Shown here: piece after piece, positions 1 to 11,844 of the stretch
How the letters are laid out: every line of letters begins with the position of its first letter
Position numbering within the stretch: the stretch's first letter is position 1
Assembly: GCA_951406725.2 (NCBI GenBank)
Contig: OX597815.1
Span: forward strand, 78,058,001-78,122,000
Direction: 5' to 3'
Source of the DNA: Octopus vulgaris
Lineage: Eukaryota
Length of the DNA stretch: 64,000 nucleotides
The notes under the pieces: generated by a model
Databases searched by the model: none
What the model saw: the letters and a program-made list of their open reading frames with translations, nothing else
Told to the model about the DNA's origin: nothing
Translations under genes and position numbers: made by a program

Positions 1-555
1 ACAAGATAAATTAATACAATATACAATGATTAATTTACACAGTAATGAAAAATAATTGCAACAGTTAATTAGGATTCAATAATTCATTTTACATCACATA
101 ACCCAAGGTATTTCTCCTTTAGCTAAGGCTATCAATTATCCTCTCTGAAACTGTCAAGAAAATATGTACCATTTCCACTTCAAGACAAATTAGTTGGCTT
201 GGTTCAAAGAAGCAGATGCATTTTCAAATTAACCTGAAAATTTTAAGTGTCAATTCTCACCAGATTTTATATTTTAATATCTGTCTTTCCATGTTAAAAT
301 GGGTTGGACAGATCTGCTATTTGATAAATTACTCCTTATCTTAATCTTACACAATCTTGTTAGTGAAACCATACCACTTCTCATGCCTTCCCCTACTACT
401 GTCAGCAGATAACATTGTTCCTTTCCCACCAGCTGTCATTGTCTGTTCACATCATTTGTTCATAAGAGTGAAGTCATCTATCTTCTAATGATGGTTTTGA
501 TTCCTAGCCAATTTCTCAGCCCACTTGTACCACACCTTCAATGGAAAATTATTAC

Positions 556-720
556 ATTTGATGGCATAAAAGATGCCTAGGCATATTAGACACGCCTCTA
601 TTGCAGCAGAATATATTCAGGAAAAAGTTTTTAGTGCATTAAAGTTTATGGGATGCACATCTTTCGCATATAGGACCTGGGGTAATGTTTTTGTGTGCTT
701 GAGAAGACTCGCCAAACTAA
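556..720. mobile_element. old MITE-like repeat (second copy about 36476-36645)
   Basis: Shared start catttgatggcataaaag in both copies; the 36.5 kb copy ends in the inverted cttacatgccatcaa. Confidence 0.4.
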
Positions 721-729
721 GTAAAAGCA

Positions 730-990
730 TGGTCGCTCTTGCATACATGGTCACCAGCATCCCTCACTGGTGCTATGTAATAAGCACTGGTACCAGTGAC
801 ACATAAACACACCCGTGCTGGTGCTGCATAAAAGCACCCAGTACACTCTGTAAAATGGTTGGCATTAGGAAGGGAATCCATCCATAGAAATCCTGTCAAA
901 ACAGACGTGGAGCCTGGGCAACTCTTCAGTTGGTCAGCTCCTGTCAAACCATCCAACCCATGCCAGCATGGAAAACAGATTATGATGATG
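730..990 (+). mobile_element. SINE-like repeat ending ccatccaacccatgccagcatggaaa...(gat)n
   Basis: Related copies at about 8060-8250 (+), 50230-50600 (-) and 51420-51630 (-). Confidence 0.65.
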
Positions 991-1061
991 ACAAATTTAA
1001 AAAAAATTGCATTATATATGCTATTAAACACAGTAATTAAATAAATATATTAAAAACTTAC

Positions 1062-1211
1062 CAGTGGTTCGTTCTTGTTCTTCCTTATTCTTACTAACCG
1101 AATGGAACCTTCAACTAAGGAAAATACTGGAGGAGGAGGTGAATCAAGCTGGAAGGTGTTGACTTCATCAAAATTCTTTTTCGATATTTCGTCGTGAGCA
1201 AGTAACAGTGA
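1062..1211 (-). CDS. MPP6: MAGUK p55 family (MPP2/MPP6-like) exon: end of L27C and start of PDZ
   Basis: 150-nt exon, ctgcag| acceptor and |gtaagt donor, phase 0/0. Translates SLLLAHDEISKKNFDEVNTFQLDSPPPPVFSLVEGSIRLVRIRKNKNEPL, matching the recalled MPP6/MPP2 segment SLLEAHD...IRILGIHKRAGEPL. MPP2 versus MPP6 cannot be resolved (likely co-orthologue). Confidence 0.92.
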
Positions 1212-1677
1212 CTGCAGAGATGGAAATAAATCATGACAAGATGTCCAATGATAATTGTTCAATATCTACATGTTTGGAGAGAGTCATTTCTTTTTTTTTT
1301 ACTCAGTTTTGAACAAGGAATTATTTATTACAGTTTCTGATATATGTAGTTCTCAATATATTCTAATATATTTCTTTATTTTAACAGTATTATTAGTGTT
1401 GTTAGTGAAAGAACACAAGATAGTATAACTATATTAATGAAATACTGTTGGGTTGATTAAAATTACTACAGGTGAAAGGGGTAAAAATCTAACCTAACTG
1501 TAACTGATATTCTGATACAGAGATACACCTGATAACTCTGATGAAGGACAAAAACACTTACCCAAGGAACATTAATATAACCCCCATCTCTTTTTGCATT
1601 AATGTAACAAGTTATTAAATTGTACATGCAACTTAACATAAAATTGGTTGAAATACTTACAAATCTTAACCAGACAA

Positions 1678-1696
1678 AAGAGAGAGAGAGAGAGAG

Positions 1697-1731
<35 letters not shown>

Positions 1732-1736
1732 ACACA
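1678..1736. repeat. (GA)n(GT)n compound microsatellite
   Basis: Directly visible. Confidence 0.95.
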
Positions 1737-2006
1737 CTGTATTAAAGTCTTATATCAGCCAAATTACCAAATCATTTCATGCCAGAAATGGGGCTGCAAA
1801 TCAACAATCATCAGAAATGGAAGAAGCTATACTGTCCCATTCAGTCATTGCTGGATTTGCCCACCATTTCTGGCAGGAAACCAGTGTTGCAGTTGATGAT
1901 GATGACGATGAAGAAGGAATGGGGAAAGGGAGGATTTGAAAAAAAATACATTTTCCAAAAATTTTTCTTTTACCAAAAGGCGTCTCCCATCATTTTTAAG
2001 TGTATA

Positions 2007-2198
2007 TAGTAATCCCCTCGACTATTGCGGATGTTACATTCCAAAATCCCCATGATAGGTGAAAATCCATGAAGTACTGTACTATATAAATATTTTTTTA
2101 TCTTTATAATTTGTATATATTTATTCTATTATACATGCAAAACACCACAGAGGAATCAACGTAAGCTTAATAAACTGCAATATGGCGAGGGATTACTG
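2007..2198. mobile_element. Tc1/mariner (pogo/Tigger-like) MITE
   Basis: TIRs agtaatcccctcgactattgcgg and ctgcaatatggcgagggattactg, flanked by TA. Confidence 0.7.
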
Positions 2199-2611
2199 TA
2201 GGGCAAAAAAAATTGGACAAAACCACTCTGGAAAATTTATGAATCAAATTTTCAAAAATTTTTTTTATAAAAAGATTCCCCACCCCATCATTTGCAAGGG
2301 TGTGGTGAAAAAATCCCCATCAAAACAGAGAATATCTAATTTATGTGAATGTACTATTCCAAAAGTCCAACACATTCTATTGTGAAAATTTCCCAGCAAC
2401 AACAGGATGCTCAACCAGTGTGTGTGTTTAGAGGGATAAATTATCTAGGCTATATCATGGTAGCTCTGTTATGCTCCAGATTACAGCTAACCATGTTGAC
2501 TAGTATTTAGTGTCATTGACTATTAGTAGTTGTCACTCACACTATAAATTCCTCTGATGTGTAATTCCATGTCCACTTCACTGGGTGGAAATATTATCTG
2601 GAGTGTATACT

Positions 2612-2918
2612 TGCAATAATTATAATAATAGAGAATATTGAGACTGGTACATCCTCAAAATTTCCTTTTATTTTACGATGTTATACAGCATATTTTTATG
2701 GTTATGATGACCTACGTGCATTTCTGCTGCACAGAGTATGAGCAGTTGTATATTAGTTGCACAGAACATTATGCCTGGTTACATATGCAACTGCTCATAC
2801 AGAAACACATGTAGGTCATCATAACCATAAACATATGCTGTACGATATTGTAAAATAAAAGGAAATAAATTTTGAGGATGTACCAGTCTCCATATTCTCT
2901 ATTGTTACAATTATTGCA
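2612..2918. repeat. about 300-bp fold-back palindrome
   Basis: Arms tgcaataattataataatagagaatattgagactggtacatcctcaaaa... and ...ttttgaggatgtaccagtctccatattctctattgttacaattattgca are near reverse complements along most of their length. Confidence 0.9.
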
Positions 2919-3005
2919 TGCACACACACACACAAACACATAAGCAAAAAAGAAAATGGAGATTGGGAAGTTAATTGTTTATTATTAACAGAAAATTAAT
3001 CATCA

Positions 3006-3091
3006 TCCCTTACAGCTGTTTCAATTAATATTCAGTAAATATTGAGTAATTATTAAATTTATATAACCAGAGCATAATATCTTCAGAAGGA
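3006..3091 (-). ncRNA. candidate type I hammerhead ribozyme with palindromic stem III
   Basis: UCCUU-CUGAAGA-[degenerate stem II]-GAA-ACAGCUGU-A-AGGGA. Stem I UCCUU/AGGGA pairs; cleavage triplet GUA. Confidence 0.5.
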
Positions 3092-3586
3092 AAAAAATAT
3101 ACCCTTGGCTGTTTTATGTGTATTTATGGATTCCTTATAACAGACTGAATGATATTATGATGTGTACTATTATATGTTTGAGTGAGGGGTTTGCAGGTTG
3201 ATTAGAGATGAGAGAGCAGGTAAATAGAATTAGAAAAATAAATGAATAAATTAAATAGAGATGATAGAGGAAATTTAAATAAGGTAAGTTTATAGTTAAT
3301 AAAAGAATGTAATGTTTGTTTATTAGGTATAAATAAAGTTAATATTTATACCTTATAAATGAACATTCTATTCTTTTATTAACTATAAACTTACCTTATT
3401 TATATTTATCTCTATCATCTTTATCTAATTTATTCATTTATTTTTCTAATTCTATTGACCTACTCTATCTCATCTCCAATCAACCTGCAAACCCTTTGCC
3501 CAAACATATAACAAATCATAAACAATGTCATTCGGTCTGCTATAATGAATTCATAAACACACAAAACACCCAAAGGTATATATTTT

Positions 3587-3670
3587 TCCCTCTGAAGACA
3601 TGCTCAGGTCATATAAATTTAATATTTTTAATTAGATTCACTGAGTATTAACTGAAACAGCTGTAAGATA
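3587..3670 (+). ncRNA. mirror-copy hammerhead-like motif (degenerate stem I)
   Basis: UCCCU-CUGAAGA-c-AUGCUCAG...CUGAGUAU-uaacu-GAA-ACAGCUGU-A-AGAUA. Confidence 0.35.
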
Positions 3671-3756
3671 TGATGATTCATTTGTTGTTAATAATAAACA
3701 ATTATTAACCTCCTAATTTCCATTTTCTTTTTCTTCTTTTATACGAATATAAACTA

Positions 3757-4450
3757 TATATAGATATATATACACACACACATATATATACACATACACA
3801 CACACACACACATATATACACATACACACACATATACATACACATACACACACATATACATACACATACACACACATATACATACACATACACACACATA
3901 CACATATATACATATATATATACACACACACATATATACATATATATATACACACACATATATACATATATATACACACATACACATATATACACATATA
4001 TATACACACACACATATATACATATATATATATACACACACACATATATACATATATATATACACACACACATATATACATATATATATACACACACACA
4101 TATATACATATATATATACACATACACATATATATATATACATATATATACACACACACATATATATATATACATATATATACACACACACACATATACA
4201 TATACACATATATATATACACACACACACATATACATATACACATATATATATACACACACACACATATACATATACACATATATATATACACACACACA
4301 CACATATACATATACACATATATATATACACACACACATACATATACACATATATATATACACACACACATACATATACACATATATATATACACACACA
4401 CACATACATATACACATATATATATACACACACACACATACATATACACA

Positions 4451-4506
<56 letters not shown>

Positions 4507-4597
4507 TATACATATATATATACACACACACATATATATACATATATATATACACATATACACATATATACACATATACACACACACACATATATAC

Positions 4598-4628
<31 letters not shown>

Positions 4629-4635
4629 TATATAC

Positions 4636-4704
<69 letters not shown>

Positions 4705-4713
4705 CATATATAC

Positions 4714-4747
<34 letters not shown>

Positions 4748-4751
4748 ATAC

Positions 4752-4783
<32 letters not shown>

Positions 4784-5091
4784 ATATACACATATACACA
4801 CACACATATACATATATACACATATATACACACACATATACACACACACACACACACATATATACACACACACACATATATACATATATATATACACACA
4901 CACACATATATATACATATATATACACACACACACACATATATATACATATATATACACACACACACACATATATATACATATATATACACATATATATA
5001 CACACACACACACATATATATACACACACACATACTAGCTGAGCATCCAAGTGTTGTTGGGCAATCAACACACACACACATATATATATAT
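3757..5091. repeat. 1.3-kb compound (CA)n/(TA)n microsatellite
   Basis: Directly visible; source of the 425-481 aa V/C/Y/I/M ORFs. Confidence 0.98.
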
Positions 5092-5229
5092 AGGGTACAT
5101 AAGATACTTGAGGGCAGATTTATGTTTATAAAAAAACAGATACATAACAAATAACTTGATCAAAAATTGCTATGAGGATAAAAATAAACCGTTTCTATAA
5201 TGTTATTCAATAAAGTCACCTTCAGCTTC

Positions 5230-6064
5230 AACAACTGCTTCTATATGAGATCTAAATCCTACATTTTGGACTTTATTCTGACTATGACAGCTTTCAAATA
5301 ATCTTTGGTGTTACAGATGTATTCATTGACCTCTCTCTCAACAACATTCCAATTATTTCTATGGTTGGATTGAAATTTGGGGCCAATTAAGAGGCCAAAT
5401 GTTATCCAGGGTTTAACAATTGTTTCAGGGCCTCAATGTAGGCGAGAGTTAACTCTAAGGCCTTGTGGAAAGAGTAAGGGCATCACATGTCCTTTATTGC
5501 TGACAGTTGCAGAAAAGTTTGCATGCACTTGGAACTTCAGAAGGGTCTGCACATAACCATCTGTCATTTCTACTGTTAACTTTTTGATCTTGGTCGAAGT
5601 TTTTTTCGTTTGAGAAAAACCAAATCAAATCATCTTCTGCTGGGTTTTTCAGTTTAAGAGCTTTTTAGATCTGATGTAGTGATTTTCTTTCGCTTTTTCT
5701 GACAAACTGACCTTTCCTCATCATATATGACATATCTGATGTCTTCAAAGACAACATTTTTGATTGTTCCTTCTGACACATGGAGATAGTTTGCAATTGA
5801 CCTCATGGACTTTCTGGGATTGTAATCAATAATCTGTTGAACTTGCTGGATAAATTCAGGTGTTCTGATGATTTCAGAGCATTTAGAATGCCCTTTATGC
5901 TTTGATACTGGTGATACATTTCCATCTTCAGTCTCTAGCTCCTTATAAACTTTGTAGATGAAAGATCTGAAAACTTTTAAAAATTGAGATATTTCTAAAT
6001 CGCTATGCTCAGCCTGCCTCTTCGTTTTTTGAGTAAGCTGAGGGTCTGCCATTATTATTTTCAT
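5230..6064 (-). mobile_element. decayed Tc1/mariner-superfamily transposase
   Basis: ORF 5654-6064 contains an HTH-like segment RTPEFIQQVQQIIDYNPRKSMRSIANYLHVSEGTIKNVV typical of mariner/maT transposases; downstream frames are disrupted. Confidence 0.75.
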
Positions 6065-6654
6065 TATTATTACAGAGTTAGTATAAAAATTTAGTAAGAG
6101 ATTCGGTAAGGTGGAAAGCTACACTGAGAAGGGGGAAAATTATTGTGAGTAAAAGTTTGAAGGGACCCAAATGAAATATGGGTTCTGGCTGATCAGATGT
6201 ATAGGTGAGGTGGTAGTTGGTGGGGGTAATTTGTGAAAGTAACATGATAATTAAGAACTAATTTCTTGGAATATGAAGTAGCAAATGACAAGTTATCTGA
6301 TTGCCCATTGTTACCAGCCAAAACATGTAGGAGAACCAGAAGCCAGAGAAATACAAGCAGAAACAAATATAGGCATGACTACTCACATTTTAGAAGAGGT
6401 GGGAGTGATTGGGTGGAGCTAGAGAGAGGAGGAAAGAGAGGGTGAAGGGGAGATAAAAATAGTGGTGATTATGTGTCAAGGAGGACTCAAGATATGAGAT
6501 GGGAAGAAGTGAGTGGGACAAAGGCACAAGAGTGTGGGTGGATGGGTGGGCAGATGCAGCAAGAGAGTATGAAGGAGCTAGAGATGGGGAGTAAAAGGAG
6601 GGAGGTAGGCAACAAAGGGGAAGGGTGGTAATTGAAGAGAAATAACATAACTAC

Positions 6655-6807
6655 CTGTACGTGATTATCCTTCAAAATATCCCACAATTCTGCAGCATTT
6701 TCATTTGTTGAGGAATGTTCAGATAATATTTTTAATGCTTCAACTTGAAGATTCAATGATTTATTGTTCTCTGCTTCTATAGGAGTTTCTTCAAGTTTAT
6801 CGTGTGC
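6655..6807 (-). CDS. MPP6: MAGUK p55 family exon: L27C domain
   Basis: 153-nt exon, tttag| acceptor and |gtagtt donor, phase 0/0. AHDKLEETPIEAENNKSLNLQVEALKILSEHSSTNENAAELWDILKDNHVQ resembles recalled MPP6 AHERLEDSKLEAV...NVAELVGILKEPHFQ. Confidence 0.92.
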
Positions 6808-6905
6808 CTAAATAAAGGGAAAACATTTTAAAACAACACAAAGCTTAAAATAAAAACATCCTAAATGTTAATGTACAGTTTACCAGATTCTTACAAAGGC
6901 TTGTG

Positions 6906-7744
6906 GGATCTTTTCCTTTTGAACGGCAGTTTGTAACATAATTTCTAGGTAACTAAAATGTTTTAAACTTTGTATAATGGTAGAATGTGTTTATAAAACA
7001 TCATTTTCTCTTGGTTTTATTGAGAAAATTCTATAGTTTGTAAGATATTTCGTCTGAAAATCCGAGCATTTCGGCAATTTTAACCAATCAATTACTTCCA
7101 CTGAACTAAAATCATTTGCTGCGTCTAAAACTGAGACAACATCCTGTCACTAACCCTCAACCTAACCCTAACTTTTTTTTATTCTTAATTGTTAGATTAA
7201 TTTAATTGTTATGCGTGTAAAAAAAACAAAACAAAAGCAATGGAAAATAATTTAAACAATTAACAAACAAAATAATTCTATAATTTTATACACACGCTTT
7301 CCATAAACAATTAACAAACAAAATAATTCTATAATTTTATACACACGCTTTCCATATGTATATGGAAAGCGCGTGTATAAAATTATAGAATTATTTTGTT
7401 TGTTAATTGTTTAAATTATTTTCCATTGCTTTCGTTTTTTTTTTTTTTACACGCGTGACAATTAAATTAATTTAACAATTAAGAAAAAAAAATTTAGGGT
7501 TAGGTTGAGGGTTAGTGACAGGATGTTGTCTCAGTTTTAGACGCAGCAAATGATTTTAGCTCAAAAGAGAGCGTAGGATTGGTTAAAATTCGAAAAATTA
7601 AATTACGTTAAACAAATAAATTACAATTTTCTCAAGAAAGCCAAGAGAAAAAAATGTTTTATTTTGACACATTCTACCAGTATACAAAGTTTTAAAGTGT
7701 TTAGTTAACTAGAAATTGTCTGCCGTTCAAAAGAAAAAAGATCC
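6906..7744. mobile_element. Merlin-superfamily fold-back MITE
   Basis: Termini GGATCTTTT...TTTGAACGGCAG, 8-bp TSD ggcttgtg (6898-6905 and 7745-7752), near whole-length palindrome, internal 51-bp tandem duplication at 7254-7355. Confidence 0.8.
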
Positions 7745-8426
7745 GGCTTGTGTCCTAGTGGTTATGGCGTTTGGTTCACAAACAAAGGTGTGGGTTCAAT
7801 TCCTGGACCAGACAGTGTATAGTATCATTCAGCAAGATACCTCATTTCACTTTTCTCTAGTCTATTTAGTTGTAATGAATACCAACCAGGCTACTAACAC
7901 AACCTTCTCTCACTCCAGCTATCGCTACTACTACGATTTCTCTTTCCAGCTCCACTCTCCCACCTTCTCTTCTATAATGGGAGTAGCCATATAGCATCTT
8001 TACTGCAAGAAACCTGTTCTGACCCCTTCTTTCACATTTTAAGTTGAAGGAAATCAATCTCACAAGTTAAATGGTTACCGCTGAAGTAAAGCATGCAGTA
8101 CACTCTGTAGAGTGGCTGACATTAGGTAGGGTATTAAGCCATAGAAACCATGCCAAAGCAAATGCTGGAACACAATGCAGTCCTCAGACCGGTCACATTC
8201 TCTCAAACCATCCAACCCATGCCAGCATGGAACAAGGATGTTAAAAAAAAGGATTATAATTATATACATGCATTTTCTAATATTTCATTTAGACATAATG
8301 ATACTAGTAACTTGGTGTTAGAACTCAGTATACATATGCCTCAGAAATAAACATTAGTCAAGTATAGAGCATAATATAAATTAAATAAATGACAAAGAAA
8401 CAAGAAATTATGTTATGAACATCATT

Positions 8427-8502
8427 AGCTTACAGCTGTTTCATCTATAAGATGCAATGCACCTATAGTTGAATGCTTGGATAACATAGCTTCATTGGAG
8501 CT
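8427..8502 (-). ncRNA. decayed hammerhead-like motif
   Basis: AGCU-CCAAUGA-AG-CUAUG...UAUAG-AU-GAA-ACAGCUGU-A-AGCU. Core mutated; stem III identical to the 3.0/3.6 kb motifs. Confidence 0.3.
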
Positions 8503-9009
8503 TCAATAATGGATAGAATACTATTAATTAAATGTAGAATTCATCCACCTAAAACAGTTACAACTAAGATTTTTGTGCTTTATGGAAGATAACAGAAAAA
8601 TATATAAATTTTATATTGAATTTCATTTAATTATTCATTTTATTACCTTCATTAATTATCATTTTGATTAGTTTTAATTTCTACAGATTCCCTCGCCCAA
8701 CAAAACCAGTTTGGATTGCAATGCTTCACATAAAAAGTATAAGCACTATTAGCAAGTGCAAAGCTCCTGGTCTCCCGGTGAGATATATGAACCAAGTTAA
8801 CAAACAGGTTTCAATTCCAGATTTACTCCACTTCGTACTTTTCCTCCAGAAATCAGTAATTGAGGAAAATGTCCTGTGTTGGAAATGGAGACAAAGATAT
8901 TTCAACTATATGATATCAAGAAGAACATTCATTACAGAACTGAGCCAAAGGAGCCTTTATGGTAGTTGCTCATCCAGATATAAATTTTTTTCAAATTATA
9001 CACTATTAG

Positions 9010-9275
9010 ATGCAGGCGTGGCTGTTGGTTAAAAAACTTGCATAGGAACCACATGGTTTTGGGTTCAACCCAATTGCACAGCACCTTGAGTAAATGTCTT
9101 CTACTAAAGCCCCAAGACCACCAATGCCTTATGAATTTGGTAGATGAAAACTATACGGATGCCTGTTGTGTGTGTGCTTGTCTCTGCTACTCCTGCCACT
9201 GCTAGACAACTGGTGTTGGTTTGTTTCAATCCCCATAACTTAGTTCAGTGAATGATAGAATAAGTACCAGTCTTA
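9010..9275 (+). mobile_element. tRNA-derived SINE (family beginning gcaggcgtggctgtgtggtaa)
   Basis: A/B-box-like head and shared body. Other copies at about 11845-12228 (-), 18550-18860, 25962-26310, 31680-32040, 33780-34110 (-), 43495-43930 (-), 47955-48300 (-) and 48725-49410. Confidence 0.8.
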
Positions 9276-9479
9276 AAAAAGATAGCCAGTTTAGGTATCA
9301 CCATAGCCTCATAGAAAACCCCATCAATCTCGCAATGGCCTCCTACTGGACATTTATTGTATGCACACTGCAAGAGCAACCTGCTTCCTCTCTTGTATTG
9401 TGGGTATTTGTTAAAATGCTTTTTATGTTAGGTGCACAGTTAAAGGAGACTGAGGTTGTGTCTTAAATAAATGCCTGTA

Positions 9480-10131
9480 TCAGCATGTGTGTGTGAAATG
9501 TTTGTCTATCAATCTAAGGAAAATCTTTCCCACACAAGTCTTAACATTGAGTGAGAAAAATGGAGCAAACTGAATGACATCTCTGTGGTGCTTCCTTTTC
9601 CAGGTGCTAGGGCCAGGCATGTAGGAGATGCGGTCCTTAAAGTACCTCATTGTAGTAGGGGCAGCGGCATTGAAGATATCTTGGCTTGAGGATAGATTCA
9701 AGATCCTCTTGCTCACACCTTTCACTAGGTTCTTGAAAATTATAGGGTGGTGGCAGGTTTCTTTCTTTTTGTGTATCTTCACGGAGTTTGCTTTGAAAGG
9801 GGGAAAAGGACTTATGGAATTTTGGTTTGGGTATTATGCTCAGTAGGTCCACTTTGAAGGCCTAGAGTTCTTTGATTCTAAGTGGGAACTTCCTAGACTT
9901 GATACCATATGTATTGGCCTCAGAAGAAGGCATGCTTTGATCACAGAAAAATGCTTTCCATCTCATGCAACTTGTAAGGTCTACCATTTTCTCCAGTAAC
10001 ATTTTTGTGTAGACCTCATTAGAAGGTATAGGGACATTTTTTGCAGAATACCCTAAATCGAAACGTTCCCTGTTATCCTTAAGGTAGCAACTGGTAATAT
10101 GTAGAAGCACAGGGATCGGTACAGTAATCAA
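9480..10131 (-). mobile_element. Penelope-like retroelement fragment, internally deleted
   Basis: YSAKNVPIPS...MRWKAFF (PLE N-terminal motif) joined to HHPIIFKNLVKGVSKRILNLSSSQDIFNAAAP and FSLNVKTCVGKIFLRLIDKHF (PLE thumb/linker); RT core missing. Confidence 0.8.
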
Positions 10132-10223
10132 AAGTAGACAATGTAGCGGACTTCGTAAGACGGATAGATAGTTGATAAAAAAAAATCATATACCAGAAAG
10201 AAGCACACTCTAAAGAATAGAGT

Positions 10224-10565
10224 CTGAGACCCCCTTCAGTCACGACACAAGACCATGGGATTGCAACTAGAAAGTTACCCTCCCAGGCACAAGTCCGGGC
10301 AAAGTTGTTTATGGAAGACCAGCAGTCACCCATGCATACCAGCCTCCCCTCTCCACGACACTGACGTTGTCCAAGGGAAAGGCAAAGGCTGATACAGCAT
10401 GGCACCTGTGACGTCACAACTAATTTCTACAGCTGAGTGAACTGGAGCAACGTGAAATAAAGTGTCTTGCTCAAGAACACAACACGCAGCCAGGTCTGGG
10501 ATTCGAGCTCACAACCTCACGATCGTAAGCTCGACGCTCTAACCACTGAGCCATGCGCCTTCACA
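10224..10565 (-). mobile_element. young tRNA-derived SINE with TSD
   Basis: Head ggcgcatggctcagtggttagagcg...tcgaatccc; 13-bp TSD taaagaatagagt at 10211-10223 and 10566-10578. Related heads at about 26860-27180 (-), 46350-46640 and 46910-47160. Confidence 0.88.
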
Positions 10566-10614
10566 TAAAGAATAGAGTAGTAATTATTAAAACAAAATTT
10601 TATATCTTGGACAA

Positions 10615-10675
10615 AGTGTTGCCCAAGGTTTCACATCCACAAGGGCAAAACCTTGTGGACAGCTCGTCAGACTAT
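10615..10675 (-). ncRNA. hammerhead ribozyme core upstream of the Penelope ORF
   Basis: CUGACGA-GCUGUCCACAAGG-UUUUGC-CCUUGUGGAUGU-GAAA-CCUUGGGCA. Strong stem II; cleavage-site region and stem I are degenerate. Confidence 0.55.
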
Positions 10676-11844
10676 TTAAAAAGACAATTTTAAAATATCT
10701 ACGTCGCGGACGTGAGGAAACGCTCGGAAAACGAGAAATACGTATTAAAAAAAAAAAAAAAAAAAGGGACGGGTTATTCCCCCTGAACCAGAAGAAAACT
10801 CATAGACCCCCCACCCTAAAGATGACTAAGTAGCAAACGGGGAGATCCAATTTTCCAGTAAGTAACGCTTGAAGTAGACACATTTATATATATGCACAAC
10901 CAACTGATCTAGATCTGTCTTTTTATTAAAGCTTTCGTGTTTTGTCTTCATATGAGTTCCTTGCAGTTTGATTGGAAAAGTTAAGTTGTTAAATCAGTCA
11001 ACATTTCTACACCCATATCACACAAAATCAACATAAAACTAGATAGGAAAAGTAGTAGTTGACAACATATCCGTATACTAAACAATTCTCAATGGTGACA
11101 AACAAAAATGCTTAGTGGAAGATAACAGTTAAAATTCAAGTCCAGGGGTGGTGGGATAATATCTACATTAATCACTCTGGCCTGTGTAATAAAACTGACT
11201 TTCAAGTGATAAGCAATGGATAAGGCATATAAAAAGTGCCTCTAGAAAAGCCAAAGTTAATTGTTTCTTTCTTGTATAAAATTTATTGGAACAGCCTATT
11301 GTTTAGATCAGACCACCACATCAAGTGAATAATATAATTTCTTTTGTATAGAAATTGTCTACCTACTGATTCAGATTGAAATCTAGTTTACCCACAGGTA
11401 TTTCAAACAGCTTTACAAAAGAAATTAACCAGTAGGTAAAAATTTAGCAGATTAGATTACAATAAGGCTGCTACTAATAATGCTGGAATGATGTACCAGA
11501 TGATTTAAATAATTCAAAGAGAAATTCCAGTTTTATGGGTTTGATTTCAAATTACTGTTACAAACAAATATAAGCTTTCTTTTTATGAGCAATTCTCAGT
11601 ACCCTACTGTCTTATGGTTGTAAGAACTATATGCAATATGATGAAATGCCATAATTTGTGAACTATAAAGTTGGGGGTTAAGGAATTATCTTCATTGTAT
11701 TAGAATGGTTAGGTTGCTCTCTTTATAAAAACAGATTCATATAAATCTACACCAGAGTGAGCAATTGGTATCACACACACAAACAAAAGCAGGTAGCACA
11801 GATGTAGTTATCACTCACATGCAAGTATGATTTGGCAACATTCT

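Larger units (their letters stand above)
2971..3705. repeat. about 730-bp fold-back palindrome, probably inverted Penelope-like pLTRs
   Basis: Arms pair inward to ggtataaata-aagttaa-tatttatacc (loop near 3335-3341). Each arm carries CTGAAGA...GAAACAGCTGTA. Confidence 0.85.

Noticed and set aside
3705-5150. Three overlapping 425-481 aa ORFs
   Set aside because: Translations of a CA/TA microsatellite that lacks stops on the minus strand.
10490-10565. tRNA-like sequence
   Set aside because: SINE head continuous with a SINE body and flanked by a TSD; not called as a tRNA gene.
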